From a virus: a stretch of DNA of 64,000 nt. Both the position numbers and the translations under genes were made by a program. The stretch spans positions 1 to 64,000 of IMG/VR virus record IMGVR_UViG_3300025117_000049. One strand, written 5' to 3'. Positions 1 through 9,260 of the stretch are shown here, in pieces. Positions within the stretch are counted from its first letter, which is position 1. Each line of letters opens with the position of its first letter. A model generated the notes under the pieces. The model was not told the DNA's origin and searched no databases. It was given only the letters and a program-made list of their open reading frames with translations.

Positions 1-1817
1 AACGAGAAGGCCCCAGCGGTATTCCCTTGGGCAATCTCGTTGTAGACCTCCCGGTCATCTAAGGGTATCTGGTCGAATTCGATGGTCTGGCCATGGAGTT
101 CTTTGACCAGTCGGGCTGCCTCGTTCAGAAATGACAGGTTGGATATTCCGAGCACATCCAGCTTCATCAGCCCCATGTACTCGGCGTCGTCCTTGTCCCA
201 GTTGGCTGAGATCACTCCGTTGTAGACCCGAAGGCTGCAATGATCACCCAGCCGGAGGTCCTTGGCGTTGATGCAGATTCCGCCCGCATGCTTGCCATAG
301 CCTTTTGTTTGTCCCTCCAGGTTGATGGCATGCCTGACCACATCCGGATATTTCCTTTGCAGATGTGCCAGTGGTGGGCTGTCCTTCAGGCTGTCCTCAA
401 TGGTATGACCGGCCCGATCATGTCCGTCAGGCACATCATTGATTCCCTCAGCCGCCGGGTTGACTTCCTTGAGTGGTACGTCGAACACCCGGGACACATC
501 CCGGATGGCTCCCTTGCCCTTCATGGTCATAAATGTGGATAGGTTGACTGTGCCGTGTTCCCCGTAGCAGTCCCTCAGGTGCTGGATGACCTCTTCCCTG
601 CGGGCTGACTCAAAATCCATGTCGATGTCCGGATAGTCCACCCGCTCAGGACTGATAAAGCGAGCGAAGATCAATCCATATTTCAGCGGGTCCACATCGG
701 TTATTCCCATAAGATAGCAGACCAATGAACCACCTGATGATCCTCTGCCAGGTCCCACTGCTATGCCCTGGGATTTGCACCATCCTATTAATTCATGTAC
801 TATCAGGAAGTATCGCTGGAAATTCATCTGGCAAATGAGTCCGAATTCTTCATTGACTCGGTCTTCGTATTCTTTGGCCTTTTCCGGCAATACATAGAAA
901 TCACCCAGCCGCCTTTCCCAGCCATCAGAAATGATTTCCCACATCAGGTCGGTCTCATCCCGGTCCTCATAGCCGTGGACTTTGGGCAGCTCCACCTGCA
1001 TGCGCTCCACGGTGTAGCCGTTACATAGCCCGGCCACCTCCATGGTCTGTGCCATAGCCTTCCGCCAGATTGGTTCAGCCAATACCGCTTGGACCTGGAA
1101 TGCCTGGGCCATCTCGTCGGCCGATCTCAAATGGAGATTAGGCCAGTCTCTCATTGACCAGCGGTCCTTATCATTCCATTTGGCGTTGCGCTTCATGGCC
1201 AGCAGCACATCTTGGGTCTCGCCCATGCCCTTGCGGGAATAGTGGCAGTCGTTTGTAGCTACCAAGGGAATGTTGTATTTTTGAGACAGCTCCAGACAGC
1301 GAAGGTTGTGTTTCTTTTGGAGCGGATGGGCATGGGGCATGATCTCAAGGAAGGTCGGGGCCATGTTCCTGAGTAGGCTAAGCAGCTTCTCCCCACCCTC
1401 CATATTGATGAACGAACCGATGCAGGCAGTGAGAAATACCAGGCCCTCGGTATGCCTGAGCAGCAGGTCTGGGTCTATCCTGGGTCGGCGGTGGAACCCT
1501 TCAAGGTTGGCCATGGAGATCATGTGCATCAGGTTAGTCAGACCTTCTCGGGATTGTACCAGGACAATCAAGTGGTGGCGCTCATCATTCTTGACCTTCA
1601 TGTCACCGCACATGTACAGCTCACAGCCCAGGATCGGGGTGATGCCGTGTTTCTTGCAGGCCTTCTGGTGCTTGAGAATTCCGTCGACGTTTCCGTGGTC
1701 GGTTATGGCACAGGCGGGTTGGCCGATGCGGACCGCCTCCTTGGCATAGTCCTCAGAGGTGCCGACGCCGTCGAGTTGACTGCTTGATGTATGGAGATGG
1801 AGGTGACAGAACGACAA
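1..1817 (-). CDS. dnaE: DNA polymerase III alpha subunit (runs off the window's left edge)
   Basis: Not in the ORF track. Read manually from a TTG at 1817: SFCHLHLHTSSSQLDG (PHP motif), later GPGRGSSGGSLVCYLMGITDVDP...FISPERVDYPDIDMDF (DnaE catalytic motifs). Confidence 0.95.
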   Translation of the reverse strand, partial: MSFCHLHLHTSSSQLDGVGTSEDYAKEAVRIGQPACAITDHGNVDGILKHQKACKKHGITPILGCELYMCGDMKVKNDERHHLIVLVQSREGLTNLMHMISMANLEGFHRRPRIDPDLLLRHTEGLVFLTACIGSFINMEGGEKLLSLLRNMAPTFLEIMPHAHPLQKKHNLRCLELSQKYNIPLVATNDCHYSRKGMGETQDVLLAMKRNAKWNDKDRWSMRDWPNLHLRSADEMAQAFQVQAVLAEPIWRKAMAQTMEVAGLCNGYTVERMQVELPKVHGYEDRDETDLMWEIISDGWERRLGDFYVLPEKAKEYEDRVNEEFGLICQMNFQRYFLIVHELIGWCKSQGIAVGPGRGSSGGSLVCYLMGITDVDPLKYGLIFARFISPERVDYPDIDMDFESARREEVIQHLRDCYGEHGTVNLSTFMTMKGKGAIRDVSRVFDVPLKEVNPAAEGINDVPDGHDRAGHTIEDSLKDSPPLAHLQRKYPDVVRHAINLEGQTKGYGKHAGGICINAKDLRLGDHCSLRVYNGVISANWDKDDAEYMGLMKLDVLGISNLSFLNEAARLVKELHGQTIEFDQIPLDDREVYNEIAQGNTAGAFS

Positions 1818-1818
1818 T

Positions 1819-2868
1819 TTATTTTACCGTTGATATGGTGCTGGTCACATGACGGAACCCCGGGGCGGTGAAGGCCAGCAGGTTGCCTGCCATCCGGAAC
1901 CTGCGGGTGGTCCCCATGATGTCCAGCAGGTACTTGGGGCTGATACTGATGGCCGCCCCATCGGGCCAGCCCCGCTCCACCGCCGGCACACGGTCGGTGA
2001 CGCTCCCGGAGCTGCGCTCACCCATGACCACGATATCCTGGTCATCCTTCCTTATGGTGACGTACTCCATGCCCCCATCCAGGGCCGAGGCCATGACTGC
2101 CGCCCGCTCCAGGGCAGGCTTCAATGCCTCAGGCAGTTCCCATTCATCCCCGGATTCCTCAGGGAACAGGTTTATCACCCCGTCCACCGGGAAGCTGCCC
2201 CCCAGGAGCCTGCTGGAGAACACCGCCCCGTTGCTGTCCATGAAGTGCACCCATGACGGGGTGGCCGCCCAGGACTCCAGGCCGTCCATGGAGGCGATTT
2301 GGGCCGCTGCCTTGGCTGGGATCACGAACTGGGCAAAATCTCCTTCAGCCATGGGGCATTCCAGTTCAGCCCAGGAGCACCTGAAGTTGTCCGTGGACAG
2401 CATGCGGTCGACCATGATGCATACGCCGGCCCAGACCCCATGGGCCGGGTTCCTTGATGCCCCGGGGGCCGTAAGAGCCAGCGCCTTGGTGAAGTTGGGC
2501 GGCAATGGCTGCCATTCCAGGCCTTCCAGATCCAGTGCTCGGATCAACCCCACGGTGTTGGCCTCTACCAGGGCCATGGACAGGGTGGTCCTACCGTCCG
2601 ATAACTCCAGCTTGTTGTTGGGGGTGACTTTGGTTTCCACATCTAGGCCGGCCATCCGTTCCAGGACCCGGATCATGTCCTGTGCCCTGATAGCGGCGTT
2701 GATGCCATCTGGAATGGGAGCAGGGTGGGTCACGCTCACATGGTCGTTGTACGTCTGGGCCAGCCCTGGGGACAGCACCACAGTGTCCGCCCCCTGGACT
2801 ATAGCCCCGCCCCGGTCCAGCCCGGGCATGACTGCCTTTAATGAAGCCAATAGCTCAAGCCTGTTCAT
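1819..2868 (-). CDS. dnaN: DNA polymerase III beta-clamp-like protein
   Basis: 349 aa with STDNFR and FSSRLLGGSFP resembling beta-clamp motifs; directly upstream of dnaE. Confidence 0.8.
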   Translation of the reverse strand: MNRLELLASLKAVMPGLDRGGAIVQGADTVVLSPGLAQTYNDHVSVTHPAPIPDGINAAIRAQDMIRVLERMAGLDVETKVTPNNKLELSDGRTTLSMALVEANTVGLIRALDLEGLEWQPLPPNFTKALALTAPGASRNPAHGVWAGVCIMVDRMLSTDNFRCSWAELECPMAEGDFAQFVIPAKAAAQIASMDGLESWAATPSWVHFMDSNGAVFSSRLLGGSFPVDGVINLFPEESGDEWELPEALKPALERAAVMASALDGGMEYVTIRKDDQDIVVMGERSSGSVTDRVPAVERGWPDGAAISISPKYLLDIMGTTRRFRMAGNLLAFTAPGFRHVTSTISTVK

Positions 2869-2869
2869 A

Positions 2870-3652
2870 TTATCTCCTTATCCAAGATCTGACCTCTCGA
2901 ACAGATAATGGATTCAATTTATCCTTAAAGAATTTCAATTTTGGATTGTCCAAGACCCCGCCATCATTGATTAGCTTGCCCTGGTTTATTATAGCTGGAT
3001 CAGTATAGAACAGCAGGCGCAGGTGTTCATTGATGTAATCAGGTTCAGATTCTGCCAGGCATATCCGGTAGTTGGTTCTGCACCAATTGTCATCCCAGGC
3101 ATTCAACCCAAGTAGACCCCCATCTTTGCCTAACAAAATGCGCCTGCAGTGGCCTGACAACGCATAGGCCACTATAATTTCTGGCTCCTGAAGGTCCCTA
3201 TCCCCAATCCAATTTCTGACCAGGGCCTTTATATCTTCCTCATGTTCAGGCCCGGGCTCAATATACTGAAGTGGGCCAATCCTGTTTGGAAGTTTACGGC
3301 TGTTCTTCCTGAAGACCACCCACTTATTGCCTGCCATATTTAGGAAGGCCCTGGGGTCATAGGTGTACTCCAGATCAAGAAATTTAGGGCGATACAAATT
3401 TTCTGAATAGCCAGTGGAATAATCCTGAAAGTCTGCCCAATACTTTTCAAACATGATTGGGCAGGTGACCATGCCCCAGTATATGTGGATTGGAGGAAAC
3501 ATGACTATTTTTGCACCAGGGTCCCATATGTATATCCAATTTCCGTCCTGGCGTTCTTCTAGCCCTGCTCGCTGGAAATATTCCACAGAGCACCAGAAGT
3601 TTGGGATGACCTTGCCTCTTTGAAGCAATTGTAGGTATCTACTCTTTTTCAT
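2870..3652 (-). CDS. DUF2156/MprF-C-like (GNAT-fold) transferase
   Basis: EYTYDPRAFLNMAGNKWVVFRKN and LINDGGVLDNPKLKFFKDKLNP resemble the DUF2156 motifs YxY...LxGxKxxxKRN and IN..DLG..GLR..K..Y.P. Confidence 0.6.
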   Translation of the reverse strand: MKKSRYLQLLQRGKVIPNFWCSVEYFQRAGLEERQDGNWIYIWDPGAKIVMFPPIHIYWGMVTCPIMFEKYWADFQDYSTGYSENLYRPKFLDLEYTYDPRAFLNMAGNKWVVFRKNSRKLPNRIGPLQYIEPGPEHEEDIKALVRNWIGDRDLQEPEIIVAYALSGHCRRILLGKDGGLLGLNAWDDNWCRTNYRICLAESEPDYINEHLRLLFYTDPAIINQGKLINDGGVLDNPKLKFFKDKLNPLSVREVRSWIRR

Positions 3653-3797
3653 TTTCAGGCTTGAACCCCAACCCTTGTGGTTTTTGATCCACAGGCTGTT
3701 TGGGAGACTGTTTGCCCGCTTTAGAGGGCTTGCCTGCGAGAAGGCGGTCTATTAGGGCACGACTGACTCCCCCGGTCTTCCGACTTTTCCCCCCCAC
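3639..3797 (-). CDS. small basic protein (52 aa)
   Basis: GAGGAGG RBS then GTG; MGGKSRKTGGVSRALIDRLLAGK...QGLGFKPENEKE; fills the gap between neighbours. Confidence 0.6.
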   Translation of the reverse strand: MGGKSRKTGGVSRALIDRLLAGKPSKAGKQSPKQPVDQKPQGLGFKPENEKE

Positions 3798-4491
3798 TTT
3801 TCACCTCCTCAATTATTCCGATTTCGTCGTATAAACATAATGCAATGATTCCTTCCATGTTGCCAGCCTTCAAAGTTAGGAACCCAGGCCGATCAGGCAC
3901 ACCAAATTCAATCAGGTCCTGGAAAGAATATAAGGCCATGAAATCATTGGTTCTGATGCCCACTGGACCAAATGGTTTGGATATATGATCCTGCTTGACA
4001 AGCCCCAAGCCAGACTGGTTCCTGGTAAGGGTTATGGTGGTGCCAGAGAAAATGTCCCGCTGGATGATTTCAAGGCTGCCGTTATTGGACTTGAATTCAA
4101 GGTGTGACAACCCCTCTTCCAATAGTGCCAGTGAGCTTTTGTGGACTGTAAAAGTAGAGTGGGTGGGCCCAACCAACCCGGCCCAGATTTTTTCAACATC
4201 TTGAAAAGTCCGCTCCGGAGTCTTGCAACATTTGGAACGGGTGAATTCATTGCCAGATTTAGTGAATATTACATATCCATCTTTTTCATGGAGTTTGCCA
4301 GGTTCATAATCATTGGCCTTAAAGCTCAGCGGGTGCTGAAAAGGGTTTTGATGCTTAAGCAGGGAAAACCGGAGCATCACTGTGTTTTCACCATTGAGGA
4401 TAAACACAGTTCGATCCTGGCAATAGATGGTGTTTTTGAGCCGCCCACTTTGGTCCAGGGCTACAGCATGAGAAAAAATTCGCTCAGTCAT
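3721..4491 (-). CDS. hypothetical protein, possibly PCNA/gp45-like clamp fold
   Basis: 256 aa, coupled to the radical SAM gene; beta-rich pattern only weakly suggestive of the fold. Confidence 0.55.
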   Translation of the reverse strand: MTERIFSHAVALDQSGRLKNTIYCQDRTVFILNGENTVMLRFSLLKHQNPFQHPLSFKANDYEPGKLHEKDGYVIFTKSGNEFTRSKCCKTPERTFQDVEKIWAGLVGPTHSTFTVHKSSLALLEEGLSHLEFKSNNGSLEIIQRDIFSGTTITLTRNQSGLGLVKQDHISKPFGPVGIRTNDFMALYSFQDLIEFGVPDRPGFLTLKAGNMEGIIALCLYDEIGIIEEVKSGGEKSEDRGSQSCPNRPPSRRQAL

Positions 4492-5891
4492 TAAATAACT
4501 CCTTTCAATATTTCTTCCCGGAAGTCTGGGAGGTTTTTGTCATATTTCCATCTGCGGCCGTGTTGGTCTATTCCTGCCGGTTCTATATGCGGAGCCCAGC
4601 TTGGGTGATAGGCATTGTTGCCCATGAGGTTCCAAAGCTCCTGGACCTCTATTTCCAGCTTGTTGCTCAGGAACCCACCACTATTGATCACATATGAGTG
4701 GTAGTCTTTCCATGATGTTGGAAGCAGGCCCCGGTCCATTATGAATCTAACCATGGGGACTATGCTGCCCATGTTCCACCGGCCCTTGAACCAATCCCCG
4801 ACATTACAACAAATCAGATCATCATTGGTGGGGACGTTACCCATGTCAAAAGTAGAACATTTCAGGCCCTCTGCCCGGAACAAATCCATGAACTTGCCAA
4901 GCAGGAGTGACCCGAGCCATTGACAGTCGCTCATCAAAGTGAACATGCGGGTGAAGTCATATCCCTGGCGGATAAAGGCCTGTCTGATGGTAGGGTTTTT
5001 GGCACTGTAGCTATATGTGTCAAAGGTGACATGGTTTATTCCAGCATCTTTTATGGCTTGGATATATTCTTCTGTTTTGGCCTGGTCATCATTTATGAAT
5101 ACCATGAAGGGTTCTATCCTGGCCACAACTCGGACTCCAGCCGAGGTCAGCTGTTTTGCTGCCCAGATGCGCCGGCTAAAAGGCGGTGCCCCAGGCTCCA
5201 GGTTTTTGTTGGTTTCATCATCTGAGGTGATCATGGTAATATGAACAGCTGCTTTGGCAAGGTTGTCTGAAAGCGGCCTGATATAATCTTCTCTGCCAAT
5301 CAGGTCTGATTTGGTGTTGATCATCACCGGATAGGCATTATCCCGAAGGTATTTCAACATGGATAGGCTGATGCCCTTTTTGGCCTCAATGGGCAGGAAA
5401 TCTTCAAACCTGATCCCGAAGCGCATTGGGATTTCCAAGCTGATGGCCTTGATTTTTTCATCTGCATTTTCTGACACTTGTTGGTCACGGTGCTTGAAGA
5501 GCTTGTCCAACTCTGCTTTGTAAAAATCTGGGTTGCAGTGTCTTAATCCGATGGACCGTGGGTTGTCAAAAAAACTGGTATAGAGTGAGGAGCGGAATGC
5601 ATCTGCGTAGCAGTAACGACAACCATAGCCACATAGGAGGCCGTCCCATACATCCAGGTTAAGCGGCATTGGGCATGCCTGGGCACGTAGGCTCACTTCA
5701 AGAAAACTGGAAACCTCTTCCGTATTGAGCAGGCGCTCCTGTTTCTCCCACTCTTGAGTCATAAGATTGAATTGATGGTAATTTTTTTTGCGCCCCTTTT
5801 CTTTTATTGACCCCTTGGAGTGGTCTGAAAGCAATTGGAGTTGCCTGGGGACCAGTTTTGAGACTACTGTTCTTAATTCCCAATAATTCAT
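4491..5891 (-). CDS. radical SAM protein, spore-photoproduct-lyase-like family
   Basis: CGYGCRYC (CxxxCxxC), INTKSD, LEPGAPP...GVRVVARIEP. Confidence 0.85.
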   Translation of the reverse strand: MNYWELRTVVSKLVPRQLQLLSDHSKGSIKEKGRKKNYHQFNLMTQEWEKQERLLNTEEVSSFLEVSLRAQACPMPLNLDVWDGLLCGYGCRYCYADAFRSSLYTSFFDNPRSIGLRHCNPDFYKAELDKLFKHRDQQVSENADEKIKAISLEIPMRFGIRFEDFLPIEAKKGISLSMLKYLRDNAYPVMINTKSDLIGREDYIRPLSDNLAKAAVHITMITSDDETNKNLEPGAPPFSRRIWAAKQLTSAGVRVVARIEPFMVFINDDQAKTEEYIQAIKDAGINHVTFDTYSYSAKNPTIRQAFIRQGYDFTRMFTLMSDCQWLGSLLLGKFMDLFRAEGLKCSTFDMGNVPTNDDLICCNVGDWFKGRWNMGSIVPMVRFIMDRGLLPTSWKDYHSYVINSGGFLSNKLEIEVQELWNLMGNNAYHPSWAPHIEPAGIDQHGRRWKYDKNLPDFREEILKGVI

Positions 5892-5970
5892 TATTGTATC
5901 TCACTCCCGATGTTCCAGAATAAAATCGGCTTGGCTATTTTATTATAGCCATCTAATAGGTATCTGATGA

Positions 5971-7164
5971 CTACCATAATAAACCGACTTTTTTGATTTT
6001 TGAGTTATCTTTTTTCCCATATATATGATACCCGTTTTTATCCTTATCTAAAATCATTACTCCAGGGGAATCTACCAAGCTATAGTATTGCCTGCCTTTA
6101 TTCCAAATTTTTTTCATTCTGTCATATGCTTTTGGTTCTTTAAAATCTATTGCTTCCATATCATTCCAAGATATAGAACCTTTTTGATCTATTATTTTAC
6201 ATGCCTTCATAAATGTAAATGAATATGGGGTAAATAAATCATCAACTCCACAACAGCTTTCACATGAAGAGTCAAATGGGAAATTGATAAAGTCCGGGGT
6301 TGATACTCTGATCCCACTACTTTTCATGATTGTAAAAAATCTTTTCCCAACATTGATCCAATTATCATCTAAGTTATTTTTCAACAGTTTAATATAATCA
6401 AAACCCCTCTTCTCAAATTCTTCCTTAGCCAACCTTGGCATTGTTGAACGGTAATTATAGAAACTGACGTGTTTGGCTTGGCTTTTAATACAATTATCTC
6501 GATATCCTTCAAATATTTCATCAGTTGAATTAATTCCGATTAGAATAGGTTCCCATCTAACTGCAGTCCATATACCAGCCTCATTCAATTCCTTGACCAA
6601 TAACCATCTCATGGATGGCGGCGGCGCCCCCGGCTCTAATTTATAATTCAGTGTGTCAGATCCACCCATAATGGAAACTATCACCGCAGCTTTCATTTGT
6701 TTGATTAAATCAAGATATCTCTTAAGGCCAACATAATGTGATTTGGTTTGGAAAATAACAGGCACTTTATATTCAATAAATAAGCGAAGGACTTTCTCAA
6801 CCACCTTGTGATCATGATCCTCTATGCAAAATGTCTCAGCCTTGCTGCCCATATTGAATGGCAAACCATGCCTGAGGCATTTTATTGACCAGTCTTGATA
6901 GTCTTTGTCTGACCCAAATGCTTTATCAAATACTTTTTTATAATCATCGGGATCACAGGACCTTACTAGTTCACGATGCCATCCAGTGTAATATTTGTTG
7001 AACAGTTCATGATCCATTTCCCGACAAAAACACCACCAGCATCCCATGGAACACCCAGAGAAAATATCCCCACCGAAGGCTTGTGGGCAAACCAAACTAT
7101 CACCTCTCCAACCAATGATTGAGCCGAATTTTAGTTTAGATATGTCTTTTTTCATTTTCTCCAT
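5971..7164 (-). CDS. radical SAM protein, spore-photoproduct-lyase-like family (second paralogue)
   Basis: CSMGCWWC, FQTKS, LEPGAPP...AVRWEP, late CC pair. Confidence 0.85.
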   Translation of the reverse strand: MEKMKKDISKLKFGSIIGWRGDSLVCPQAFGGDIFSGCSMGCWWCFCREMDHELFNKYYTGWHRELVRSCDPDDYKKVFDKAFGSDKDYQDWSIKCLRHGLPFNMGSKAETFCIEDHDHKVVEKVLRLFIEYKVPVIFQTKSHYVGLKRYLDLIKQMKAAVIVSIMGGSDTLNYKLEPGAPPPSMRWLLVKELNEAGIWTAVRWEPILIGINSTDEIFEGYRDNCIKSQAKHVSFYNYRSTMPRLAKEEFEKRGFDYIKLLKNNLDDNWINVGKRFFTIMKSSGIRVSTPDFINFPFDSSCESCCGVDDLFTPYSFTFMKACKIIDQKGSISWNDMEAIDFKEPKAYDRMKKIWNKGRQYYSLVDSPGVMILDKDKNGYHIYGKKDNSKIKKVGLLW

Positions 7165-7967
7165 CCTAACGGCCTTTCGTAATGGTATGGTGGAGCTGTG
7201 AGTGTTGGATATGGAATCCCAAGGGTTTCTTTAATCCATCTTAAATAGGGCACTTCTTGTGGATTGATTCCGATAAAATTAGCCGCCTGGCAATCCATTC
7301 CCCACATATCCTCTGATGTGATAATGATATTTGATTGTACTGGTAACCCGTAGTGTTCAGAATATTCTGAGCCAACTATTCCATCCATTATACAAAAACT
7401 TACCTTGTCCTTCATAATAAAATATAGGTCATGTAGCCTCTTATGTAAAATCTCAATACTGCCTCTTGGATGCATATTTCCTTTTTGAGCAATTATCCCC
7501 ATCATGTTTTTAATGGCTCCAGTAACCAATGCCATTTTATGAACCTTTAACTTTGGGAGATTTATGATGGCATCACAACTCAAGACAACATCAGATATTT
7601 TTACTCCAAATAGGCTTTTGTATTGATGATTTGCTCGGACTAAAGTGAATTCATGAAACCGCTTGCCTTCCTGTAAACCTATTAATTCCACTCCATATTT
7701 TTTGGGCAGGACGTCATATTTGGATAGGTATATAGTTGCTTGCCATTGATCTTTAAACCCACAATCTCCAATAATAATGGAGGCTCCTTGATCTAATAGA
7801 ACTTGGATAACTGCTTCAATTAGGGAAATGTCTGTTGATGAGGCACGCTCCCACTTAGTCTTGGGCATTACCAAGTTTGGCTTTAAAAAAACTTTCCGTC
7901 CATGAAATCCTCCCGGAAGCTGCTCTTCAATGAGCTTCCGGGAGATTTGGTTGGTGTGGATTATCAT
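7152..7967 (-). CDS. DUF362 domain protein
   Basis: KVFLKPNL, INLPKLKVH, TGAIKNMMG, IMDG and GINPQEVPYL motifs. Confidence 0.85.
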   Translation of the reverse strand: MIIHTNQISRKLIEEQLPGGFHGRKVFLKPNLVMPKTKWERASSTDISLIEAVIQVLLDQGASIIIGDCGFKDQWQATIYLSKYDVLPKKYGVELIGLQEGKRFHEFTLVRANHQYKSLFGVKISDVVLSCDAIINLPKLKVHKMALVTGAIKNMMGIIAQKGNMHPRGSIEILHKRLHDLYFIMKDKVSFCIMDGIVGSEYSEHYGLPVQSNIIITSEDMWGMDCQAANFIGINPQEVPYLRWIKETLGIPYPTLTAPPYHYERPLGWRK

Positions 7968-8738
7968 TTATTTCAGTTGGAATTGGCCATCAGCCTGGAA
8001 TGACAGCAAATCCAGGCCGTTGAAGAATTTCAACCCCATGGACACCAGTGTCGCAGATTCTTTGGCATTATCCTTGCCGCCCTTCTGAACATAAAGGGTG
8101 TTGGCTGCCATAGCCAGGGACTCCTTGGTAAAGGCGCCACCTGATTTCAGGCATTCACAAACAGAATCAATCCGGCTGTATTTCTCTCCAGCCGGGGCTT
8201 TGGGCTCTTTGGGCTTGGCCGATGCAGATTTCTTTTTGGGCCCTGCTTCGGCCATGATCGTCTGGCACTCCTCGGCCCGCTTGCAGGGCTTGGCGCAGGC
8301 CTCATCGGTGGCATCATAGCCCTTGCCGAACTCCGGGCATTCCTTGGGTGGGACAATGGTTTCTTCGCCGATGACTTCGGTTTCGGCCTTCTCTGCCGGC
8401 CCCGCCTCAGCCCCGTCTTGGACCACCGCTTCCTTGGGATCGGGCTGCCCGGTAGCTTCTGCTGCTGCGGCCTCGGGGGATTGTGGCTCAACTGCCGACA
8501 GGGCCTCGTAGGTGGCCAGGGTCTCGGGCTTCAGGTTGCCGGCCCGCTCATCCACCCAAATCTGTTCTTCGGGGTTCTCCGGGTTGGGGCCGATGCAGCC
8601 GCCGATGGTGTTGACGATGAAATCAATGAGCACCTGCCGGCCAGCTACGTGGTTCTGTTTGATGTCCAGGACGGTGGCGATGTCTTTGACTGCCTTCTGG
8701 AGGTCTGGGTGTTTCACTTCTTCAATGGTCATGGTCAT
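7968..8738 (-). CDS. hypothetical protein with small Cys cluster and possible C-terminal winged helix
   Basis: Acidic linker, then CPEFGKGYDATDEACAKPCKRAEEC; AGGAG RBS and a promoter-like site upstream. Confidence 0.7.
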   Translation of the reverse strand: MTMTIEEVKHPDLQKAVKDIATVLDIKQNHVAGRQVLIDFIVNTIGGCIGPNPENPEEQIWVDERAGNLKPETLATYEALSAVEPQSPEAAAAEATGQPDPKEAVVQDGAEAGPAEKAETEVIGEETIVPPKECPEFGKGYDATDEACAKPCKRAEECQTIMAEAGPKKKSASAKPKEPKAPAGEKYSRIDSVCECLKSGGAFTKESLAMAANTLYVQKGGKDNAKESATLVSMGLKFFNGLDLLSFQADGQFQLK

Positions 8739-8785
8739 TCTCCTTGGTTAGGTTTTGGTTCTTATTTTTTTTGGATTGATTATCC

Positions 8786-8861
8786 TGATGTATTATTATA
8801 GCCGATTGTGATGAATTCATTAGGGATTTTTTGCAATTATTTTGGTTCATGGTCGTTTTTT
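8786..8861 (-). promoter_or_regulatory. promoter-containing repeat, copy 1
   Basis: Minus strand AAAATAATTGCA...GAATTC...GGCTATAATA; near copy at 9185-9260. Confidence 0.6.
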
Positions 8862-9185
8862 CAAAAAATTATCATGCCTTTCCTTGCATTTCATACAGCG
8901 GCCTATTAAGTCTTGCAGGGATTTGTCGCTGTCCACTTGCCCAAGCTCTACGTGGTAAAAATCAGCTGGGAATGGGCTTTGGTGATTGTACCCCCTCTCG
9001 GTCATTTCCTGGGCCAATTGGTCATGGCGGGCAGCCAGATTGTGGACTTCAACCAACCCACGGTTAAGATAGCCCTGGATTGACTTGCCCTTGGCAATGG
9101 TGCCAAGAAACATATGACTTTCTACATGCTCGCCGAGCAGGTGCTGTCGGCAAAGGATTTTTGGGTTGACCATCCAGAGTCTCAT
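8847..9185 (-). CDS. denV: pyrimidine dimer DNA glycosylase (T4 endonuclease V family)
   Basis: MRLWMVNPKILCRQHLLGEHVESH and EMTERGYNH motifs. Confidence 0.8.
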   Translation of the reverse strand: MRLWMVNPKILCRQHLLGEHVESHMFLGTIAKGKSIQGYLNRGLVEVHNLAARHDQLAQEMTERGYNHQSPFPADFYHVELGQVDSDKSLQDLIGRCMKCKERHDNFLKKRP

Positions 9186-9260
9186 GATGTTATATTATAG
9201 CCTATTTTAAGGAATTCTTTATGGGAAATATGCAATTATTTTTCGTATAGTCATTTTTTA
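9185..9260 (-). promoter_or_regulatory. promoter-containing repeat, copy 2
   Basis: Imperfect direct repeat of 8786-8861 containing GGCTATAATA. Confidence 0.6.

Noticed and set aside
1868-2908. 346-aa plus-strand ORF
   Set aside because: Antisense shadow of the clamp gene; Ser/Pro-rich with no motifs.
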